Shown: one piece after another, positions 19,902-28,893 of the stretch
Numbering within the stretch: position 1 is the stretch's first letter
How the letters are laid out: every line of letters starts with the position of its first letter
Source: an uncultured Pirellulaceae bacterium
Lineage (GTDB): Bacteria; Planctomycetota; Planctomycetia; Pirellulales; Pirellulaceae
Length of the DNA: 52,456 nucleotides
Assembly (NCBI GenBank): GCA_964400585.1
Contig: CAYNVI010000001.1
Span: forward strand, 1-52,456
Direction of reading: 5' to 3'
Notes under the pieces: model-generated
Told to the model about the DNA's origin: nothing
The model's input: only the letters and a program-made list of their open reading frames with translations
The model's database searches: none
Position numbers and translations under genes: made by a program

Positions 19902-21071
19902 ATGATGCTCCTCCACGCTCTCATGACTTTTCCCCGAGGCTTGCCCCGAGGCTTGCCCCGCCCCTCTCGCACGAAGGCCGCGCGGCCTGCCGGCCTGCCG
20001 ATGCTGTGGTTGGCGACCGCTCTGCTCTCTTCGCTGCCGGTGGTGGCCGCCCAAGAGCCATTGGCAGCTCCGCCTTCGCTGGGGGCCCGCGACGTTTCCC
20101 AGGCCACCACCCGGGCGGTCGATTATTTGCTCACGCAGCAGCGGGCCGACGGGGCGATCAGCGATAGTGCTCACGAAACCGCGATGACCTCGCTGGCCAT
20201 TCTGGCGATGGCTTCGGTGGGCCACCAACCGGGCGAACCGACCCCTGCCGGCCGGGCGATGACACAAGCCCTCGATTTTGTCCTCGCCGAAGACCGCCAG
20301 GAGGACAGCGGCTACTTCGGCCGCGCCGATCGATCGCGGATGTACGGTCATGGGATCACCACCTTGATGCTGACCGAAATGATGGGGATGGGCGGCGACC
20401 AGCAGCAGGACGCGCGGATTGTCGAACGTCTGCTCCCTGCCGTCGATCTGATCCTCGCGGCGCAGGCACATCCCAAACCGCCTCGTTACGCGGGTGGTTG
20501 GCGCTACACACCGACGGCCAAGGACGCGGACCTCTCGGTATCGATTTGGCAGCTCTTGGCTTTGCGTTCCGCCAAGAACGATGATGTCCAAGTCCCGACG
20601 GCAGCGATCGATCAGGCGCTCGACTATCTCCGCAGATCCTCTGCCTCGCCGCTCGATCCGAGCGGCAGGCCTGCCGACCCCCAGACCGGGTTCACCTATG
20701 AACCTCAAGAAAGGAATGCGACCTATTCGATGACCGCCGCGGGGGTGTTGGCGATGCAGATCTGCGGGGAAGGCGATGCTCCGGTCGTGCAAGCCGCCCT
20801 CCGCTGGCTAGCCGAACATCCGCCCCGCTGGAAAGAATCGTGGTTTTTCTACGGCACCTATTACTACGCGCAAGCGATGCAAGGTAGCGAGGAAACGCAG
20901 CGCCGACAGGCACGCAGCGCGGTGACCGAGATCCTCCTCGCCGAGCAGCAAGCCGACGGGTCGTGGGAAGGTCGCGGGCAAGAAGCGAGCCACGGGGCGG
21001 TCTACAGCACGACGTTGGCCCTGCTGAGCCTTTCGGTGAAACATCATTACCTCCCCATCTATCAACGGTAG
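19902..21071 (+). CDS. Secreted prenyltransferase/squalene-oxidase-repeat (alpha-alpha toroid) protein
   Basis: Starts 9 nt after the giant gene's stop. Signal-like LPMLWLATALLSSLPVVAAQ. Repeated toroid motifs: AVDYLLTQQRADGAISD, GGWRYTPTAKDADLSVSIWQLLALRSA, LAEQQADGSWEG...AVYSTTLALLSLS. ATG 20001 is an alternative start. Confidence 0.8.
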   Translation: MMLLHALMTFPRGLPRGLPRPSRTKAARPAGLPMLWLATALLSSLPVVAAQEPLAAPPSLGARDVSQATTRAVDYLLTQQRADGAISDSAHETAMTSLAILAMASVGHQPGEPTPAGRAMTQALDFVLAEDRQEDSGYFGRADRSRMYGHGITTLMLTEMMGMGGDQQQDARIVERLLPAVDLILAAQAHPKPPRYAGGWRYTPTAKDADLSVSIWQLLALRSAKNDDVQVPTAAIDQALDYLRRSSASPLDPSGRPADPQTGFTYEPQERNATYSMTAAGVLAMQICGEGDAPVVQAALRWLAEHPPRWKESWFFYGTYYYAQAMQGSEETQRRQARSAVTEILLAEQQADGSWEGRGQEASHGAVYSTTLALLSLSVKHHYLPIYQR

Positions 21072-21089
21072 CGGTGCAGCAGCCTGCCG

Positions 21090-23138
21090 CTACGGTTGCA
21101 CCTCAGCCAGTTCGGCCCCGCCTTCCGCGGTAACGTGAAGCCCCCGCGATCCGGTATCGAGATGGAAGGGACCCAGGGTCCGGTCAAAGTTATACAAGAC
21201 CAGGGTGGTCTCATCGGACCGCAGACGTCGTTCCGGTTCGAACGCCTCGCGATACCGCGCCCCGCGACTGATCCGCACTTCGTCGATCAAACCATCGAAG
21301 AACGACATCGGCGCGCCGTTTCCGCCCGGGTCCGCGGCGATCAAGAGGGGAAACGCGTTGCGGGTCCGCTGCCACGCCGGATCGACTGCGGTGGCATCGG
21401 CCAATGCTCCGTTGACGTACAGACGGACCGCCGTTTCGTCCCGCACAAGCGCCACGTGGGTCCACTTCCCGGGCGGCGTCGGTTCAGGGCTTTTGACCGC
21501 CCGGTACTTGCCATTCAGATGGACGCTGCCGGTGAGACGACCCTCCGAGGCAAAAAGACCGAATTCGCTGCCCTCGGTCTTGGTAAGCAGACCGACGCGA
21601 TCACCATAGCGATCGGCTTTGAACCAACATTCGGCGGTAAAGGGCCCGGCGGGCAGGGCCAGCCGGGAAGAGTCGATCGCCACGCTGTCGTTCTCGCCGT
21701 CGACCGCCAGGGCCCGGTTCGGAGCGGTGGACTTGCCCGGTTCAAACGCCAGTTCGAAGGGGGCCGGAGTCCACGATTCGGGAACCATGTAGCGGGTGGT
21801 CTCGCTCAGATAGTCCTGGTCGAGCACAAACTCGAGGCCGCGGAATGCCTCGTCGAGGTGCGGGCTGGAATAGGAAATCCGAAAAGCCATCTCCCGACGT
21901 TCGCCCGGCTCGAGACGACCGTGCACGTGATCCGGAGTGACCCGCCAACGGCTGTCGCCGCTGCTCGCGGTCAGCGTGAAGTCCACCGGTCGATCGACCG
22001 GATTGGAGACGACCGCGGTCACCGTGGTCGGCGGGCAGCCCGTTTTCGTAAGCGGTAGGGGGCGGTCGAAGGCAACCTGTTGCGATGCCAGGCTGCCCAT
22101 CTGCTGCTGCAAGTCGGCGGTGATTTCGCGAACATTCATCGCCTCACCGACCGGGAACGCGGCCATCGCCACCTGTTCGGGGCGCACCGTGACCAGGTGA
22201 TACTGATGCAGATACCCCGCCTCGGGAAGTTTCCCCGACTGGCCGCCCCCCACGGTGGCCAGCGTTACGTACTCGATCCCGTCGGCCGGATCGTAACGCA
22301 TTTGGTGGATGTGGCCGGCGAAGACCGCGGTCACATTGCCGGCTTCTTTCAGCAGCGGATGAACCCGCTGTTTCCAATCTTTGCCATAACCGCGTCCCAG
22401 CCAACGCGGGTGGTGCAGGAAGATGAATTGATGCGCACTGGCCTGGCCGCGTTCCAACGCCGCTTGCAGGAACGCGAACTGCTCGTCGCTGATCTGCTGG
22501 GAGGCCGGCTTGCTGAAGTTCTTTTCGCCCGTCTCGGGGTTTCCTTCGTCGGAATAAAGCACGATGAAGTTGCATCGCTTGTGCTGGAAGGAATACCAGA
22601 GAGGCCCGAAGTGCATCTCGTAGTCTTCATCATGTTCCGAGAACGGCTTGTCGGGATCGTCCAGCGGACGCCAATAGACATCGTGATTGCCAGCGACGGG
22701 GAACCAGGGGCAGAGCAGTTCGTTCATGATCGATTTGAACTCCCGCATCTGCACCATCCACTCTGGCTGGCGGTTGTATCCGTTGATCAGATCGCCCACC
22801 GTCATCACCAGATCGGGCTCGATCAGATTGACGTCGCGAACCGCGTCGGCCAGGATGTCGACTCCTTTGGGCGGCCCCCCCGTGCGGTCTCCAAAGACAG
22901 CAAACACAAAAGCGTCTTTCTCTTCCGGCAAAGGCAGCACCACCTGGCTGGACCGCGTGGTAAAGAAGCGGGAATCGCTGGGCGGCACCGTCCCGTGAGG
23001 CGGGTTGTGATGGTGACGATGGCGATCGTGACTCAGGTTCGGAGTGGGATTTTCGGCCGCCTCTTGAGCGGCGGCAGGGGCGATCAAAAGCGGCGCGACC
23101 CAGACGGTCGCCGCCAACAGGATTCCAAATCGTCGCAT
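21090..23138 (-). CDS. Secreted metallophosphoesterase fused to a LamG/concanavalin-A-like domain
   Basis: Signal MRRFGILLAATVWVAPLLIAPAAAQ. Phosphoesterase motifs FAVFGDRTGG, MTVGDLINGY, VAGNHDVY, FLHHPRW, AGHIHQ. C-terminal LamG-like segment: FTAECWFKADRYGDRVGLL...WTHVALVRDETAVRLYVNGAL...FDGLIDEVRIS. Confidence 0.85.
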   Translation of the reverse strand: MRRFGILLAATVWVAPLLIAPAAAQEAAENPTPNLSHDRHRHHHNPPHGTVPPSDSRFFTTRSSQVVLPLPEEKDAFVFAVFGDRTGGPPKGVDILADAVRDVNLIEPDLVMTVGDLINGYNRQPEWMVQMREFKSIMNELLCPWFPVAGNHDVYWRPLDDPDKPFSEHDEDYEMHFGPLWYSFQHKRCNFIVLYSDEGNPETGEKNFSKPASQQISDEQFAFLQAALERGQASAHQFIFLHHPRWLGRGYGKDWKQRVHPLLKEAGNVTAVFAGHIHQMRYDPADGIEYVTLATVGGGQSGKLPEAGYLHQYHLVTVRPEQVAMAAFPVGEAMNVREITADLQQQMGSLASQQVAFDRPLPLTKTGCPPTTVTAVVSNPVDRPVDFTLTASSGDSRWRVTPDHVHGRLEPGERREMAFRISYSSPHLDEAFRGLEFVLDQDYLSETTRYMVPESWTPAPFELAFEPGKSTAPNRALAVDGENDSVAIDSSRLALPAGPFTAECWFKADRYGDRVGLLTKTEGSEFGLFASEGRLTGSVHLNGKYRAVKSPEPTPPGKWTHVALVRDETAVRLYVNGALADATAVDPAWQRTRNAFPLLIAADPGGNGAPMSFFDGLIDEVRISRGARYREAFEPERRLRSDETTLVLYNFDRTLGPFHLDTGSRGLHVTAEGGAELAEVQP

Positions 23139-23297
23139 GGCTCAAATCTTTGGCTGTAAAAGGAAGAACGCGTCGTCTCACCGGGCGACCGCCTCACCGC
23201 GGTTTTCGCTGGATCAAACGGCGCCGCCGCCAATCCTCCACGGCAGGCCTTGATCGTAGCCGCTGAACGCCGCGCCGGGAACAAAAGCCCCAGCGAT

Positions 23298-24230
23298 TCA
23301 CACCTGCCCGCCTTCGCTGAGCGGTAAATCCGCAGGTCTGCCGTGGGCGCTGGAATAGACGCTCAGCGCGGTCACGGTCAGCAAGATGATTGCCATCCCG
23401 ACAATTTGCAAGCTTTGCAGGCTTTCATCCAACACCACGATCCCGAACAGCGACGCCGTGACCGGTTCCACGATCGCCACCATGGAAGCCACGGTTGGCT
23501 CCGTGTGCTTGAGGCCGACGATATAAAGCACGAACGACAATCCGGCGCCCAGCACCCCGAGGACTGCGAACAGCGGCCAATCGGGCGTGCGGAGCACGGC
23601 CGCCATCTGGCCCCGATCGCCCAGCCCGATCAAGACCGCAATCAGGGCCGCAAAGGCGATCCCCAGAATCGACTGCGGGGTACCGTGCTCGGACGCATAC
23701 TTGAAGCCGAAGATGAACACGGCATAGGACAACCCGGCCAGCAGCCCCGCCCCCACCCCGACCGCCGTGACCCCCCCGGCGCCGACGCCGTAAACGCCGG
23801 TCAGCAGCACCAGGCCAAGCATCACCATCGCGATCGCCGCCCCCTTAAACGGGGTGAACCTTTCCAGCTTGAGCGCGAAGGAGACCAGATAGACAAACAC
23901 CGGTGCGCAGTACATCAAGGTGACCGCGACCGCCACGCTGCCTTCGGCGATACTCACGAAATAGAACGCGAAGTTGCCGGCGATGCCGAGCCCGGCGATC
24001 GCGGACCAGCCCCACATGCGGAGAACGGACAAGCCATTGCCGCGCGGTCGCAACGCCAGCCAGACGAGCACGAAAATCCAGCCGATCGCGCCCCGGTAGA
24101 ACGAGATCACGAACGGATCCCAGCCTTTGGCAACGAGGATCCCGCCGATCCCCCCCGACACGCCCCAAAAGAGTGCCGCCAGGACCACGAAAGCCGCGGA
24201 GAGGCTCGTCATGTTCGCTTTTTTGTCCAC
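23298..24230 (-). CDS. EamA/DMT-family transporter
   Basis: About 10 TM helices with a two-fold repeat, Gly/Ala-rich helices and a typical EamA layout. GTG 24230 or ATG 24212 as start. Confidence 0.85.
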   Translation of the reverse strand: MDKKANMTSLSAAFVVLAALFWGVSGGIGGILVAKGWDPFVISFYRGAIGWIFVLVWLALRPRGNGLSVLRMWGWSAIAGLGIAGNFAFYFVSIAEGSVAVAVTLMYCAPVFVYLVSFALKLERFTPFKGAAIAMVMLGLVLLTGVYGVGAGGVTAVGVGAGLLAGLSYAVFIFGFKYASEHGTPQSILGIAFAALIAVLIGLGDRGQMAAVLRTPDWPLFAVLGVLGAGLSFVLYIVGLKHTEPTVASMVAIVEPVTASLFGIVVLDESLQSLQIVGMAIILLTVTALSVYSSAHGRPADLPLSEGGQV

Positions 24231-24419
24231 TTCAAGGGTCCCGATGGGCGTCTCCAGACGACGCGGTGCGGAACCATCTTGCGCGCCAAGCGACCGCGTG
24301 GGAAGTGCAGCAAGCCAGCCGGTCGCTCCGCGGCGGAGGTGACGATGGCCTGATCAAAATGTTTCCGCAGCCGGATTTGTTTGCCCGCCGTTGTTCAACC
24401 GGCGAAGCCTTTTTTCAGT

Positions 24420-24498
24420 CCCCCCTCCCCCAAGCCCTTCGCGCAGCAAACGTTGCCATCATCGACAGCATTACCGCGAAGGGGCTGGGGGAGGGGGC
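24420..24498. repeat. Imperfect palindromic (REP/MITE-like) hairpin element, copy 1
   Basis: C-rich arm CCCCCTCCCCCAAGCCCTTCGCG (24421..24443) pairs with G-rich arm CGCGAAGGGGCTGGGGGAGGGGG (24476..24498). 21 of 23 positions pair around a 32-nt loop. Confidence 0.75.
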
Positions 24499-24687
24499 CC
24501 GGGGGGACGGTGCCGCCGGGCACCCCCGACTCGCCTCCGAGGCTCCCCGCAGCCGACTGCCGCGACAACTCGGACCCGGCGAGATCGCTTGTTTCGCGCG
24601 ACGCCGCTGCGTCTGGTACGATTGAACCACGTGATCAGCCGCTGGCGATTGGGGGAAGGAAGGCACTTCGACTGACAGGTAAAGGCG

Positions 24688-25710
24688 ATGCACCGACGTA
24701 ATTTTATCCGCACCACCGCCGCCCTGCTTGCCGCGGCCCCCGCTCCCCGTCTCTCCGCCCAAGAATCCTTGCGGAACCAGGCGATGACGGTGCGCGGCGC
24801 CGTCGATGTGCACAAGCTTGGCCCCACGTTGCCGCATGAACACGTGTTGGTCGATTTCATCGGCGCTGACAAGATCAGCCGCGACCGCTATCAGCGAGAC
24901 GACGTATTCAAGGTGGTCCTGCCGCACTTGAAACAGGCGCGGCAGGCAGGCTGCCGGACCCTCGTGGAATGCACGCCCGCCTACCTGGGACGTGATCCGA
25001 GATTGCTCAAGCGGCTCGCCACCGCAGCGGATCTGCACCTGCTGACCAACACCGGCTACTACGGCGCGCGGGACGGAAAGTTCTTACCGGCTCACGCCGT
25101 CTCCGAAGATGCAGATCAGCTCGCCGCACGATGGCTCGACGAGTGGAACAAGGGGATCGGAGAGAGCGGCGTACGACCCGGCTTCATCAAGATCGGCGTC
25201 GACACGGGCCCGCTGAACCAGGTGAACCAGAAACTCGTCCGCGCGGCGGCCCGCGCGCACCGGGAGAGCGGGCTGACGATTGCCTGCCATACCGGAGACG
25301 GAGCTGCGGCGATGCAGGAGATGGCCATCTTGCGGCAGGAGGGCGTCGATCCCTCAGCATGGATTTGGGTGCATGCGCAAAACGAGCAAGATGCGAACCT
25401 GCACGTGCGGGCCGCCGAGCGCGGCGGCTGGGTTGAATTCGATGGAATTCGCGGCGACACGATCGAGCGTCACGTCGAACTCGTGCAGAACATGCACCGG
25501 CACAAGCTGTTGAACCGGGTGCTGCTCTCGCACGATGCAGGCTGGTACTCGGTCGGCGAACAAGCGGGCGGAAAATTCCGCGGCTACAAAACACTCTTCG
25601 AGCGGTTCCTCGCGGCGCTCCAAGCGGCCGGATTCGGCAGCGACGAGATCGATCAGCTAACCGTCCAAAACCCCGCCAACGCCTTCGCGATCAACGTGCG
25701 GCCCCGGTGA
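24688..25710 (+). CDS. Tat-exported phosphotriesterase-family (PTER-like amidohydrolase) protein
   Basis: Leader MHRRNFIRTTAALLAAAPAPRLSAQ. H-x-H metal motif LPHEHVLVDF. Later motifs FIKIGVD, IACHTGDG and LLSHDAGW fit the phosphotriesterase fold. Confidence 0.85.
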   Translation: MHRRNFIRTTAALLAAAPAPRLSAQESLRNQAMTVRGAVDVHKLGPTLPHEHVLVDFIGADKISRDRYQRDDVFKVVLPHLKQARQAGCRTLVECTPAYLGRDPRLLKRLATAADLHLLTNTGYYGARDGKFLPAHAVSEDADQLAARWLDEWNKGIGESGVRPGFIKIGVDTGPLNQVNQKLVRAAARAHRESGLTIACHTGDGAAAMQEMAILRQEGVDPSAWIWVHAQNEQDANLHVRAAERGGWVEFDGIRGDTIERHVELVQNMHRHKLLNRVLLSHDAGWYSVGEQAGGKFRGYKTLFERFLAALQAAGFGSDEIDQLTVQNPANAFAINVRPR

Positions 25711-25760
25711 GCAACAAGCAACAAAAGGGGCAACAAAAGGCAACAAAAGGCAACAAAAGG
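25711..25760. repeat. Tandem CAACAAAAGG decamer array
   Basis: Starts immediately after the stop at 25708..25710: GCAACAAG CAACAAAAGG GG CAACAAAAGG CAACAAAAGG CAACAAAAGG. That is four full copies, three of them contiguous. This is the most AT-rich spot of the window. Confidence 0.9.
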
Positions 25761-25930
25761 TGTCAGGTACCGATTTGGCAGATTAGGCAACTTTTGGGGG
25801 CGGCCGCACGATTCCGACCGGGGACTCTGATCCGCTGTTGACCGACCAACAAAAGATGTCAGATACCGATTCCGTCTTGTTCGACGTCCCATCGTCGGCG
25901 GGAGCGCGAGGAAGTCGTCGCGGGGGAGCG

Positions 25931-25969
25931 CAAAGAAAAAGGACTCGGGCGCGATCGCCAAAGTCCTTT
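25931..25969 (-). terminator. Intrinsic terminator of tRNA-Leu
   Basis: On the minus strand, 12 nt after the tRNA 3' end: AAAGGACT, a 16-nt loop containing GCGATCGC, then AGTCCTTT followed by TTCTTTG. Confidence 0.6.
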
Positions 25970-25978
25970 GCACGAGGG

Positions 25979-26065
<87 letters not shown>

Positions 26066-26240
26066 TTCGGGCCTCTGGGAAGCCCCAGAGAATAATCGCT
26101 GGGGCCCCGCGATTCAATCGCAGGTCGGCCACCGCTCCCAGCAAACCGCTCCACGAACCGCCGTGGAACAGCCGCTCGTCAGTATCGGCCGCCCGCTTTC
26201 CTTTGACAAGCGGGCCTGCCAGGCAAGCCCCCCTCACCCG

Positions 26241-26323
26241 GTCCCTCTCCCCCAAAAAGGCGGCGAAGATTGCCTGTCAAAATAGAAGGCTCCGAGCGCC
26301 GCCTTATTTGGGGCAGAGGGGAC
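26241..26323. repeat. Imperfect palindromic (REP/MITE-like) hairpin element, copy 2
   Basis: C-rich arm GTCCCTCTCCCCCAAAAAGGCGGCG (26241..26265) pairs with G-rich arm CGCCGCCTTATTTGGGGCAGAGGGGAC (26297..26323) around a 31-nt loop. The architecture and the CCCTC(T)CCCCCAA core match copy 1. Confidence 0.7.
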
Positions 26324-26386
26324 AAAAAGAGCCTCCTCAGCGAGGTGTGTCACAACCAGCCCCGACCCGCTCGCTCGCCGCCCCGC

Positions 26387-26461
26387 GCCCTGCCGGCACG
26401 TGCTGCCGGGACGCCCTGCCGGCACGTGCTGCCGGCTCGACCTGACGGCACGTGCCGCGCG
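26387..26461. repeat. Three direct repeats (26-nt period), each centred on the palindrome GCACGTGC
   Basis: GCCCTGCCGGCACGTGCTGCCGG occurs at 26387..26409 and again at 26413..26435. A degenerate third copy, GACCTGACGGCACGTGCCGCG, starts at 26439; its core CGGCACGTGCCG is a perfect 12-bp palindrome. Confidence 0.85.
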
Positions 26462-26487
26462 TCGAAAGCGCCAGGCGGGCGGACACC

Positions 26488-26985
26488 TCAGCGAGCCTCC
26501 TGCAGATGGGTCCAGGTCAGCTGCAAGACCTGGGCCGCCGCTTCCTGCTGCCGCGGCAGACGGCCGCACTCCTGCAACTGGTAGCGCGTCGTTTCGCAGA
26601 CGATTCCGTCGGGGTGCCGCCGCGCCAACCCGATGAAGATCAGCCCGTCGAAGCCCGCCGGGGCGTGCGGCCCCAAGTGCCCGGTGACCGAGGCGGCGAG
26701 CTGGGCGTGCGGGGTCTTCTCCAGAACGCCGCGAGCCATCGCGGTCGCGACCGACGCCGAGACCGCCGTTTCGGACGCGATCAATGCCTCGGGGACCCCC
26801 AACCAGGACGTCTTGGTCGCCGACTGGTAGGTCACCGCCGAGCCGCACAACCATTCGGAGACGCCGGGGACGGCGGCCAACCAGGCAGCGACCAGGCCGC
26901 CCGTGCAGCTTTCGGCAAACACGATCCGCAGGCGTTGGGCGGCCAGCGTGGCCACCAGATCTTCGGCGAGCGTGGCGCGGTTCAC
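26488..26985 (-). CDS. pncC: CinA C-terminal-domain protein / nicotinamide-nucleotide amidohydrolase
   Basis: Track ORF 26488..27183 trimmed to the in-frame GTG 26985 (GGAG 5-8 nt upstream, 18 nt after the EVE gene's stop). IVFAESCTGGLVAAWLAAVPGVSEWLCGSAVTYQSATKTSWLGV matches the AESCTGG signature of E. coli PncC. Confidence 0.85.
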   Translation of the reverse strand: MNRATLAEDLVATLAAQRLRIVFAESCTGGLVAAWLAAVPGVSEWLCGSAVTYQSATKTSWLGVPEALIASETAVSASVATAMARGVLEKTPHAQLAASVTGHLGPHAPAGFDGLIFIGLARRHPDGIVCETTRYQLQECGRLPRQQEAAAQVLQLTWTHLQEAR

Positions 26986-27002
26986 AGGCGACTCCCGCTC
27001 AT

Positions 27003-27476
27003 TCAGCCGACGCCGGCCATCTTGAGGATCGTCTCGAATTCCTGCTGGCGGACCGGCTGGACGCTCAGCCGGTTCCCTTTCCGCAACAGCCCCATCTCCT
27101 GGAGTTCGGCTCGCTGCCGCATCGCCGCCAGCGTCACCGGTTCCTCGAAGACCTGTTCCAGCTGGATGTCGACCATGTACCAACGGGGGTTATCGCGATC
27201 CGACTTGGCGTCGAAATAGTTGCTGCGGCGGTCCCAGGCGTAGTGGTCGGGGTAGCCGCCGCGGACGACCACGGCGGTGCCGACCGCCGCGGGTGTCTTG
27301 CAAGCGCTGTGATAAAACAGGACTCGATCCTCTTCCTGAATCTCATCCCGCAGCAGGTTCCTCGCCTGGTAATTACGGACGCCTTCCCAGCAAGTCGTCC
27401 GATCCGCTTCCTTGGCCAGATCCTGAATGGAATAGGTCGTCGGTTCGCTTTTCATCAACCAGTAGGAGACAGTCAC
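27003..27476 (-). CDS. EVE (PUA-like, DUF55) domain protein
   Basis: (V)TVSYWLMKSEPTTYSIQDLAKE...WEGVRNYQARNLLRDEIQEEDRVLFYHS...AAVGTAVVVRGGYPD...RWYMVDIQLEQVF is the canonical EVE pattern. GTG start at 27476. Confidence 0.88.
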   Translation of the reverse strand: MTVSYWLMKSEPTTYSIQDLAKEADRTTCWEGVRNYQARNLLRDEIQEEDRVLFYHSACKTPAAVGTAVVVRGGYPDHYAWDRRSNYFDAKSDRDNPRWYMVDIQLEQVFEEPVTLAAMRQRAELQEMGLLRKGNRLSVQPVRQQEFETILKMAGVG

Positions 27477-27762
27477 GAGGGGCAGGTCCGGTTGCAGGGA
27501 AGGGAGGGATCGTAGGTCCGGGGCGGAAAAACTGCGCGGCGTCGGCCGGGGCCGTCGATATCGAGAAGGACATGGAAGTTACGAAGCGAGCGGCGGATCT
27601 GACGATCGGCCGTCCGTGGGGCGGTCAGGGAGGACGCCCCCCACGCGTTTGTCACCTCACTCCGATGGGTCCTTCCATGTCTGTCGATGCCATGCACGCT
27701 GCTTTAGGGATCGCCTTTACCAGCATTTGGTTACTGGTCGGCCAAATCCTGGCAGCCGACCA

Positions 27763-28893
27763 CTAGACCGCTTTCCAGCTCTTTTCGCGGGCGCTGCTCA
27801 GCACCGCGTCGCAGACCTTTTGGGTCTCCAGGCCATCGCGGAAATCGGGCTTGATCGGCTCGCCCGTTTCCAAAGCCTTCAAGAAATCGGCCACCTGGTG
27901 GATGAAGGTGTGCTCGTAACCGATCTGCAATCCGGGCACCCACCAATTCCCCATGTAGGGCTGATCGCCGTCGGAAACATGGATACTCCGCCAACCGCGG
28001 ACGATCGAATCGTCGTTGTAGTCGAAGTACTCGAGACGATGCAGGTCGTGCAGGTCCCAGCGGATCGAGGCATTTTCCCCGTTGATCTCGAAGGTGTAGA
28101 GGGCTTTGTGGCCGCGGGCGTAGCGGGTCGATTCAAACAGCCCGAGTGAGCCGTTATTGAAGTGGCAGAAGAAGCTACAGGCGTCGTCGACATTGACGGG
28201 CGTCTTCTTACCGGTTTCAGCGTGCACGCGTTCTTTGACGAACGTTTCGGTCAGCCCCGACACGTCCTGGATCCCGCCATTGAGCCACAGGGCGGTATCG
28301 ATGCAGTGGGCCAACAGGTCGCCCAGCACCCCGCTGCCGGCCGCTTCCCCATCGAGCCGCCAAGTCGCGGCCCCTCCCTGAGGGACGTCGGCGTTGATCG
28401 TCCAGTCTTGCAGGAAGTTCGCGCGGTAGTGATAGATCTTGCCCAGCCGGCCTTCGTCGATCAATTGCTTGGCGAGCGTGACGGCCGGGGCGCGGCGATA
28501 GTTGTACCAGACCATGTTGACCACGCCCGCTTTGTCGACCGCCTGGCACATCTCTTCGCCTTCGGCCGTATCCATCGCCAGCGGTTTTTCACAGAGGATC
28601 ATCTTGCCCGCTTCGGCAGCGGCGATCGCGATTTCCTTGTGCATGTTATTCGGCGTGCAGATATCGACCGCATCGATGTCGTCCCGCTTGAGCAGTTCGC
28701 GGTAATCGGTTTCGATCGATTCATATCCCCAGTTGTCGGCAAAGCCCTGGGCCTTCTCCGCGTTGCGAGCGCACAACGCCTTGAGCACGGGACGGTATTC
28801 CGAGGGAAAAAAGTGCGGCGCTTGGACGTAGGCGTTGGTGTGGGCTTTGCCCATGAAGCCGTAGCCGATCATGCCGATATTCAAAGGTTTCAT
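27763..28893 (-). CDS. Gfo/Idh/MocA-family NAD(P)-dependent oxidoreductase
   Basis: Rossmann N-terminus [22 protein letters not shown], then [33 protein letters not shown]. Confidence 0.9.
   Translation of the reverse strand: MKPLNIGMIGYGFMGKAHTNAYVQAPHFFPSEYRPVLKALCARNAEKAQGFADNWGYESIETDYRELLKRDDIDAVDICTPNNMHKEIAIAAAEAGKMILCEKPLAMDTAEGEEMCQAVDKAGVVNMVWYNYRRAPAVTLAKQLIDEGRLGKIYHYRANFLQDWTINADVPQGGAATWRLDGEAAGSGVLGDLLAHCIDTALWLNGGIQDVSGLTETFVKERVHAETGKKTPVNVDDACSFFCHFNNGSLGLFESTRYARGHKALYTFEINGENASIRWDLHDLHRLEYFDYNDDSIVRGWRSIHVSDGDQPYMGNWWVPGLQIGYEHTFIHQVADFLKALETGEPIKPDFRDGLETQKVCDAVLSSAREKSWKAV

Noticed and set aside
26387-26461. Possible mini-CRISPR array
   Set aside because: There are only three units separated by 3-nt gaps rather than 25-40-nt spacers, and no cas genes. 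It is a tandem repeat, not a CRISPR array.
27566-27682. Long-range inverted repeat (GGACATGGAAG / CTTCCATGTC) and an inner GTGGGGCG...CGCCCCCCAC stem in the Gfo-EVE spacer as an ncRNA
   Set aside because: The stems are short (8-10 bp) and bulged, and nothing matches a known RNA motif. This is plausibly just a terminator/promoter spacer, and the evidence is too weak to report.
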